A stretch of 12,222 nt of DNA. Source: Myxococcota bacterium. GTDB taxonomy: Bacteria > Myxococcota > JACRCW01. Within the stretch, counting starts at the first letter, position 1, and every line of letters starts with the position of its first letter. Under the pieces are notes generated by a model. The model was not told where the DNA came from, made no database searches, and worked only from the letters and a program-made list of their open reading frames with translations. The translations under genes and the position numbers were made by a program. The stretch covers positions 1 to 12,222 of the forward strand of contig JBFMGU010000304.1 of NCBI GenBank assembly GCA_040752415.1, in the 5' to 3' direction. This document shows, piece after piece, positions 6,853-12,222 of this stretch.

Positions 6853-8628
6853 TCAGTTCTTCTCGAGGACACCCGCCATCACGGCGCGCGCCACCGGGTG
6901 GTACCCGCTCTTGGCGCTCTCGAAGATCTCCTTGCCGAGCTTCAGCGTCTCCGGGTGCTCACGCAGCGCGGTGTAGAGCGGGCGGAGGTACTTCATGCGT
7001 CCCACGGAGGTGAGCACCTCACGGATGCGCGGATACGCCGGGGCGTAGGCATTGCGCGCCGCGTGCGTGAGGTACGCCACCAGGATCTCCGCGTTGTTGC
7101 TGGTCATCAGGTTGAACTCGCGGTCCAGGCACGCCACGTCGTCGACGGACAACTTCTTGGGCAGCCGCGGCAGCAGGACCTGCCAGTCATTCGAGGTGAA
7201 CGCGCGCAGCTTCGCCGCGTCGGGGCGCTGGCCCATGGCCCACGCGTCGGCGATGCCCTGCAGCTCCGCCAGCCGCTTGCTGGGGGACGTGGGTGCGTCG
7301 GCGGGGATGCCCGTGCCGTCGATCCAGTGCTTGGCGTTGACCTTCTCGGCGACACCGGGCAGCTCGGTGTCAAGCAGCGCCAGGAAGTCGTCGGTGGTGA
7401 TGGACTGGAAGCGGAACTTCTGGATGTACGCGGCCAGGAAACGGTCGAACGCCGGACGACCCGCCGCGTCCTCGATGCGACGCAGGAACAGGCAGCCCTT
7501 CTCGTAGGGGACACCGGAGTAGACCTCGTCGGGATCCACGCCGGTGAGATGGGTCCGGAGCGCGGTGTGCGGGGAGGTCTGGCCCAGCCGCTCCACGTCC
7601 TCGTCGAGATGGCTGCGACCAATGGCCGCGTGCAGCGCCACCGCCTCGTTGCCCTCCAGCACCTCGAGGATGCGACGCTCCGCGAAGACGGTGAATCCCT
7701 CGTTGAGCCAGAAGTGCTCCAGCGACGCATTGGTGACGAGGTTCCCCGTCCACGAGTGCGAGAGCTCATGCACCACCACGTTCACCAGCGACTTGTCCCC
7801 GGCGAGCAGCGTGGGCGTGAGGAAGGTGAGACGCGGGTTCTCCATGCCGCCGTACGGGAAGCTGGGGGGCATCACCAGCATGTCAAAGCGGTCCCACGGA
7901 TACGGCCCAAACAGCTTCTCCGCGGCTACGATCATCGACTCCACGTCGGAGAACTCGGCCACGGCGCGGTCCAGCAGCAGCGGCTCCGCGTACACGCGCG
8001 AACGCGGCGAGATGTCCTTGGAGGTGATCTCACCGACGGCCAGCGCCAGCAGGTAGCTGGGGATGGGCTGCGGCATGTGGAAGCGGAACGTGGTGGTTCC
8101 CGACGTGGGACCGGGGGATTTCCCGTCGGCGGCGGCGGCCATGACGGCGGTGAGCGGGTCGGGGACGGTGAGCTCGGCGCGGTAGGTGATGCGCACGCGC
8201 GGGCTGTCCTGCAGCGGCACCATGGAGCGCGCGTGGATGGCCTGGCACTGGCTGAACAGGTACGGGTGCTTGCGGGACGCCGTCTGCGCCGGGTCCAGCC
8301 ACTGGAGCGCGGTGGCGTCGGGGCTGGTGGTGTAGCGGATGGTGACCTGCCGCGTTCCCGACGGGAGATGCACGCGCAGCCGGCTGCCCAGGATGGGCTC
8401 CGCGGCGGACAGCTCATGGCGCACCGGCTTCCCGGCCGCGTCCACGACGTCATGGATGGTCAGGCCCCGCGTATCCAGGTCCACCGGCCCCGACGCGTCC
8501 GACGCGAAGGTGAGGGCGGCGCTGCCCTCCAGCGTCTTGCGGGCGAAGTCCACGTGGAGCTTGAGATCCAGGTGGGTGGCGGCGGGCTGGGTGCTGTCGG
8601 CGTAGGAGTGCGGGTCGAGGCGTGTCAT
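6853..8628 (-). CDS. M1 family zinc aminopeptidase, leukotriene A4 hydrolase-like (~591 aa)
   Basis: DPHSY N-terminus, YLFSQCQAIHARS, PYGGMENP exopeptidase motif, HELSH-x18-E (WLNEGF), catalytic Tyr in PYEKG, and LTA4H-type C-terminal motif VGRMKYLRPLY. No signal peptide. Confidence 0.96.
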   Translation of the reverse strand: MTRLDPHSYADSTQPAATHLDLKLHVDFARKTLEGSAALTFASDASGPVDLDTRGLTIHDVVDAAGKPVRHELSAAEPILGSRLRVHLPSGTRQVTIRYTTSPDATALQWLDPAQTASRKHPYLFSQCQAIHARSMVPLQDSPRVRITYRAELTVPDPLTAVMAAAADGKSPGPTSGTTTFRFHMPQPIPSYLLALAVGEITSKDISPRSRVYAEPLLLDRAVAEFSDVESMIVAAEKLFGPYPWDRFDMLVMPPSFPYGGMENPRLTFLTPTLLAGDKSLVNVVVHELSHSWTGNLVTNASLEHFWLNEGFTVFAERRILEVLEGNEAVALHAAIGRSHLDEDVERLGQTSPHTALRTHLTGVDPDEVYSGVPYEKGCLFLRRIEDAAGRPAFDRFLAAYIQKFRFQSITTDDFLALLDTELPGVAEKVNAKHWIDGTGIPADAPTSPSKRLAELQGIADAWAMGQRPDAAKLRAFTSNDWQVLLPRLPKKLSVDDVACLDREFNLMTSNNAEILVAYLTHAARNAYAPAYPRIREVLTSVGRMKYLRPLYTALREHPETLKLGKEIFESAKSGYHPVARAVMAGVLEKN

Positions 8629-8720
8629 GGGCCCGCGGCATAGCACCGATTCACGCCGTTGCGCCCCCGGTGGCGTTTCCGTTTGCGCCCCTGGGGCGGG
8701 ACGAGTAGGGACGGCTGGCC

Positions 8721-9587
8721 ATGAGCTCCTCCGCCGACGACGTGGCGCAAGTTCGAACCTCCCCCAACGACGTCTTTCCCCTGGCGCTTGCCGGGTTCTG
8801 CTCCGCCGCGCTGATGACGGGCATCGCCTTCGCCGCGCGTGAGGCCACGCCGCAGGACTCCCTCACGGTGGCCGTGCGCACGGTGTTCGCCACCCTCGGT
8901 ATGGCCGCCTTGGGCCTGATGCTCGTGCTGCGACGGCCCAGCTACGCGGATGCCCGGGCCTCGGTGACGTCGGAGGGGCTGGTCATCCGTCACGCCGGTG
9001 GGCAGAAGGTGATTCCCCGCAGCGCGATCCTGTACGCGTTTCTTGTCGAGGAAGACGGGCGCTGGGTGGTGGACGTGCAACGCCTCACCGGGGCCGTGCG
9101 GGTGATCCTGGCGCAGCGGGAGCCGGCGGAGCGCATTGCGCGGGAGCTGGGGGGAATGACCGCCCCGGCACGCCTGCGACTGCGCATCAAGAGCACGTAC
9201 TTCATGTTCGTGGGCACCGTGGCGACGTGGCTGCTGGTCTACTGCGGACTGATTGCGCTGCCCTGGTACCCCGTGCTGGGCACGTTGCTTGCCGGGGCCA
9301 TGCTTCCCGCGGCCATCTGGGTGACCAAGCAGACCGTGCCCGGTCTCGTCGTGGTTTCGCAGGAGAACATCGCGGTGATCCGGCCGCGCGGCGTGCAGGT
9401 GTTCTCCATGTCACGCGTGCGCGAGGTGCAGGCGGTGGCGGAGAACCAGGCGCTGGTGCTGATGAAGGAAGGCGGGGAGATTCCGCTGGCGCTGGTGGCG
9501 CACCACGACGTGGACAAGCCCCCGCGTGGCGTCACGCTCACGCCGGCGCAGCGGCTGCGCGAGGCGGTGTCCTCCCTGACGGCGTGA
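8721..9587 (+). CDS. Hypothetical membrane protein (288 aa), two tandem TM-TM plus PH-like units
   Basis: GC-rich third positions. Two hydrophobic hairpins, each followed by a beta-rich segment of bacterial PH style (SVTSEGLVIRHAGGQKVIPRSAI; VVSQENIAVIRPRGVQVFSMSRVREV) and a terminal helix. Confidence 0.7.
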   Translation: MSSSADDVAQVRTSPNDVFPLALAGFCSAALMTGIAFAAREATPQDSLTVAVRTVFATLGMAALGLMLVLRRPSYADARASVTSEGLVIRHAGGQKVIPRSAILYAFLVEEDGRWVVDVQRLTGAVRVILAQREPAERIARELGGMTAPARLRLRIKSTYFMFVGTVATWLLVYCGLIALPWYPVLGTLLAGAMLPAAIWVTKQTVPGLVVVSQENIAVIRPRGVQVFSMSRVREVQAVAENQALVLMKEGGEIPLALVAHHDVDKPPRGVTLTPAQRLREAVSSLTA

Positions 9588-9643
9588 ACGGGCAGATCAC
9601 CGCGCCCGCCGCGCGCACCCGGCAACCCGACGATGGAGGGCGG

Positions 9644-9681
9644 AAAAAGAAAAAGGCCGCCTCCTTGCGGAAGCGGCCTTT
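9644..9681 (-). terminator. Intrinsic terminator of tRNA-Phe, possibly bidirectional
   Basis: Minus strand reads AAAGGCCGCTTCC-GCAA-GGAGGCGGCC-TTTTTCTTTTT: GC stem, GNRA loop, long U tract, 4 nt after the tRNA. It lies between convergent genes. Confidence 0.9.
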
Positions 9682-9685
9682 CGAG

Positions 9686-9758
9686 TGCCCAGGGACGGAA
9701 TTGAACCGCCGACACGGGGATTTTCAATCCCCTGCTCTACCAACTGAGCTACCTGGGC
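9686..9758 (-). tRNA. tRNA-Phe (GAA), 73 nt, CCA not encoded
   Basis: Reverse complement GCCCAGGTAGCTCAGTTGGTAGAGCAGGGGATTGAAAATCCCCGTGTCGGCGGTTCAATTCCGTCCCTGGGCA: acceptor GCCCAGG/CCTGGGC, D arm GCTC/GAGC, anticodon arm GGGGA-TTGAAAA-TCCCC, T loop TTCAATT. Confidence 0.98.
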
Positions 9759-9780
9759 TCGTCGGAACCGAGGGCGCGCT

Positions 9781-9809
9781 GAGGTAGCAAAGGTCCCCCC
9801 CAGCGTCAA
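9781..9809 (-). promoter_or_regulatory. Predicted sigma70-type promoter for tRNA-Phe
   Basis: Minus strand TTGACG (9809-9804), 17-nt spacer ending TGC, TACCTC (9786-9781), then GC-rich AGCGCGCC; 22 nt upstream of the tRNA 5' end. Confidence 0.65.
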
Positions 9810-9832
9810 CGACAATCTTCGCCGCGGGTGCC

Positions 9833-10060
9833 TCACCACCAGTTCGAGCTGAACATGGCGCCGCCAATGACGCCGAGGATGGTGCCCACGCGACGCACTT
9901 TGCGGCCCCACACGCGCATGTCCGTGGGGAAACCCAGCTGCAGGTTCTTGGCCTTGCGCTTCAGCGCCATGGGCCCGTCCGGGCGCAGCGTGTACGTCCA
10001 GCCCCGGAACATCATGATCAAGCCAAAGAACAGGAACACCCCGCCCAGGATCATCACCAT
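9833..10060 (-). CDS. Small two-TM membrane protein (75 aa) with basic loop
   Basis: GGAGGAG SD overlaps the last kinase codons; ATG 6 nt after the kinase stop; GC-rich third positions; hydrophobic N- and C-terminal segments. Confidence 0.75.
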   Translation of the reverse strand: MVMILGGVFLFFGLIMMFRGWTYTLRPDGPMALKRKAKNLQLGFPTDMRVWGRKVRRVGTILGVIGGAMFSSNWW

Positions 10061-10066
10061 GGGTTG

Positions 10067-11584
10067 TCACTCCTCCGCCTTCTTGGGCTCCTGCGCGGAG
10101 AACTCGGTGATCCCCAGCGCCTTGGCCTTGCGCAGCGTGTCTTCCCGTCGGGCCTTGAGGTCCTGCAGCTTGGGACTGGCGGCGCCGCCTTCTGCTTCCG
10201 CCTGTGCAATGGCCTTGTCCAGGCTCTGCACGCGCTCGGTCCAGAACAGCACGGTGCGTCCACCCACGAGGCGGGACAGGTCGCGCGCTTCTTCCGTCGA
10301 CGACGCGCCGTCCTTCAGCGGCCGGTTCATGAACGTGGCGCGCACGCCAAAGAAGATCCCCACCATCAACGCCAGGCCGCCCACCGCCGCCAGGATCATC
10401 TGCCGGGACCGCGCGCGGGACGAGGCACCCAGGTCCGGCGCGGGCCGCTTCAACTTCGGGCCGCTGATCTCCGACGGGGGAGGGGCCGGCTCCGGCTCCG
10501 GCGCGGCGGGCGGAGGCGCGGCGGCGGGTGCTTGCATGCTGGCGAACACCTGCCCAACGGCCGCGCGCACCTGCGCCTCCCGCTGCGCCAGCTCCGGGAA
10601 GTTGCGCGTGATCAGCTCGGACACCTGGGCCTGCGACATCACCAGGTCCTGCGCCTTCAGGTACGCGTCCAGCTCGACGGCGAACTCGTTGGCGCTCTGG
10701 AAACGCGCCGCGGGGTTGTCCTGCAGGGCGCGCGCAAGCAGGAGGTTCAGGCCCGCGTCGGTGGCCACGCCCAGGCTCTCAAGTGAAGGCCACAACCCAC
10801 CCTGGACCTGCTGCAGGATTTCCGCCTCGGTGTTGCCGCGCCGCATGCGTCGACACGCCAGCATCTCGTGCAGCATCACGCCCACGCCGTAGAGGTCCGC
10901 GCGCGGATCAATCGGCTGGCCGCGGGCCTGCTCCGGCGCCATGTACGCCAGCTTCATGCGCAGGCCGGCGTGGTGCGGCAGTCGCAGCATCTCCCGCGCG
11001 CGGCCCAGCCCAAAGTCCGCCACCTTCACTGCGCCGTCGGCGGTGATCATCACGTTGGCCGGCGCCACGTCGCCGTGGATCACGGAGGGTTTGCCGCCCG
11101 GCACCGACTCGTGCGCGTAGGCCAGGCTCTCCAGCACCCGACGCACCATGGCAAACGCAAACGGCCGCGGGATGGTGCGCGTGGTGCGCAGCAGCGCGTT
11201 CATCACGGCGTTGAGCGGGACGCCGTTCACGTACTCCATGACGACGTAATGTCGCTCCGGAGCGGCCACCAGCGCGTTGCCCAACGCCACGTCCTCCGCC
11301 ACGGCCACCACGTCACCCAGGCTGCGGCCGCTGCCGTCGCGCGCCGCCTGCACGCCCAGGTCCCCCACGCGCACCACGCCGGGGTGGGCCAGCGCCAGCG
11401 AGAGCGTGGCCTGCTCCATGTAGCCGCTGATGAAGCGGGTCTCTGGCTCCAGCTCCAGCAAGGGGCGCTTGAGCGCCACCGGTGCCGCGTTGGGGCCGCC
11501 GGCGGCCTTCACGGCGAGAAACACCTCCGCCAGGGACCCGCGCCCCAACGGTTCCACCAGGAAATACGGTCCGCAGCGCTCCAC
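10067..11584 (-). CDS. Hanks-type Ser/Thr protein kinase, myxobacterial type, with Pro-rich linker, one TM helix and short C-terminal domain; atypical (non-RD)
   Basis: LGRGSLAEVFLA, VALKR, HPGVVRV, VMEYVNG, IHGDVAPANVMI, VKVADFGLG, YMAPEQARG, DLYGVGVMLHEML, RFQSA; TM MILAAVGGLALMVGIFFGV. GTG start. Confidence 0.92.
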   Translation of the reverse strand: MERCGPYFLVEPLGRGSLAEVFLAVKAAGGPNAAPVALKRPLLELEPETRFISGYMEQATLSLALAHPGVVRVGDLGVQAARDGSGRSLGDVVAVAEDVALGNALVAAPERHYVVMEYVNGVPLNAVMNALLRTTRTIPRPFAFAMVRRVLESLAYAHESVPGGKPSVIHGDVAPANVMITADGAVKVADFGLGRAREMLRLPHHAGLRMKLAYMAPEQARGQPIDPRADLYGVGVMLHEMLACRRMRRGNTEAEILQQVQGGLWPSLESLGVATDAGLNLLLARALQDNPAARFQSANEFAVELDAYLKAQDLVMSQAQVSELITRNFPELAQREAQVRAAVGQVFASMQAPAAAPPPAAPEPEPAPPPSEISGPKLKRPAPDLGASSRARSRQMILAAVGGLALMVGIFFGVRATFMNRPLKDGASSTEEARDLSRLVGGRTVLFWTERVQSLDKAIAQAEAEGGAASPKLQDLKARREDTLRKAKALGITEFSAQEPKKAEE

Positions 11585-11593
11585 GGTTCGCGC

Positions 11594-11602
11594 ACCCTAC
11601 CA
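11594..11602 (-). promoter_or_regulatory. Candidate extended -10 element (TGgTAGGGT) 9 nt upstream of the kinase GTG
   Basis: Minus strand TGG-TAGGGT-GCGCGAACC-GTG, with no clear SD motif. The same 12-mer occurs at 1509-1520. Confidence 0.4.
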
Positions 11603-11718
11603 CCAACTGGCCGCCGGGCTCTCCCCTTGGCGCCTCGGGCGCGGCAAGGATGTATGGACGGGCGGCATGCCTTGGTAGGCTGCGCCCTCCCCCGGGAGGG
11701 GTCCGTGGAGCGCGCCGC

Positions 11719-12222
11719 ATGTCCCTGACCGTCCTGCTAGCTGAGCCCGACGCGGATCTGGCGCGCCAGCAGGCGGATGCGCTCGAGGAAATCGGCGATC
11801 TCGCGCTCAGCGTGCTCCGCTTCCCGCAGGCCGACGTGGTGGAGGAGCTGGAGCGTCGCAAGCCGGACATCCTGGTGTTGCGCCATGAGCGCACCGGGCC
11901 CATGGGATTTGCGCTGCTGGCACGCCTGCGCAAGGTCCCCGCGCTCAAGAACCTGCCCGTCCTGCTCACCACCTCCGACGCCACGCGCGACGCCATCGAC
12001 CGCCACCGCGCCAGCCCCACACGCGCGGACTTCTACCTGCCGCTGCCCGCTTCCCGTGCGGAGCTGGAGGAGGCGGTGCGCATGCTGGCGGAGCGCGCGC
12101 GCGCCAACCGGGCCCTCTCCGAGGCCAGCGGCGGTGGCCCGGTGGAGCCCCCCCGTCTCCGACGGAGCAACACCCCCGCGCCCACGCCGTGGGTGCAGGC
12201 GGATCTCTCCGAGGTCACGCTG
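11719..12222 (+). CDS. FrzS-like pseudo-receiver domain protein, 5' part (runs off the window)
   Basis: GGAG (11707-11710) 8 nt before ATG 11719; open to the window end (168 codons): MSLTVLLAEPDADLARQQADALEEIG...ERRKPDILVLRHERTGPMGFALLARLRKVPALKNLPVLLTTSDATRDAIDRHRASPTRADFYLPLPASRAELEEAVRML. CheY-like pattern followed by a Pro-rich linker. Absent from the ORF track. Confidence 0.85.
   Translation, partial: MSLTVLLAEPDADLARQQADALEEIGDLALSVLRFPQADVVEELERRKPDILVLRHERTGPMGFALLARLRKVPALKNLPVLLTTSDATRDAIDRHRASPTRADFYLPLPASRAELEEAVRMLAERARANRALSEASGGGPVEPPRLRRSNTPAPTPWVQADLSEVTL

Noticed and set aside
6898..8643. 581-aa + strand ORF antisense to the aminopeptidase
   Set aside because: Typical shadow ORF of a high-GC gene; no motifs, and it fully overlaps a gene with clear M1 signatures.
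11313..12218. Minus-strand ORFs 11313-12020, 11737-12006 and 12033-12218
   Set aside because: They overlap the + strand receiver-domain frame, which has an SD, typical codon usage and a recognisable fold pattern.
1..12222. CRISPR array, IS/transposase, integrase, rRNA or known defence system
   Set aside because: No regularly spaced direct repeats and no recognisable motifs for these were seen.

Overview
GC-rich bacterial window, most likely Myxococcota (myxobacterial-type Ser/Thr kinase, FrzS-like pseudo-receiver, uncharacterised lipoproteins). Left to right: 3' end of a gene with a Lys/Ala-rich histone-H1-like tail; two divergent hypothetical lipoproteins; a structured 250-bp convergent intergenic region; three co-oriented minus-strand proteolysis-related genes (an M48-like membrane protein that appears to have lost HExxH, a strongly degenerate ClpX paralogue, and an intact LTA4H-like M1 aminopeptidase); a membrane protein with two apparent TM-TM-PH-like units; tRNA-Phe(GAA) with a predicted sigma70-type promoter and terminator; a small membrane protein; an atypical non-RD membrane Ser/Thr kinase; and the 5' part of a FrzS-like pseudo-receiver gene missed by the ORF track. 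The most notable signal is a concentration of apparent pseudo-enzymes, especially the adjacent M48-like and ClpX-like genes. No transposase, integrase, CRISPR array or rRNA was seen. All family assignments are by-eye motif comparisons, not database searches.
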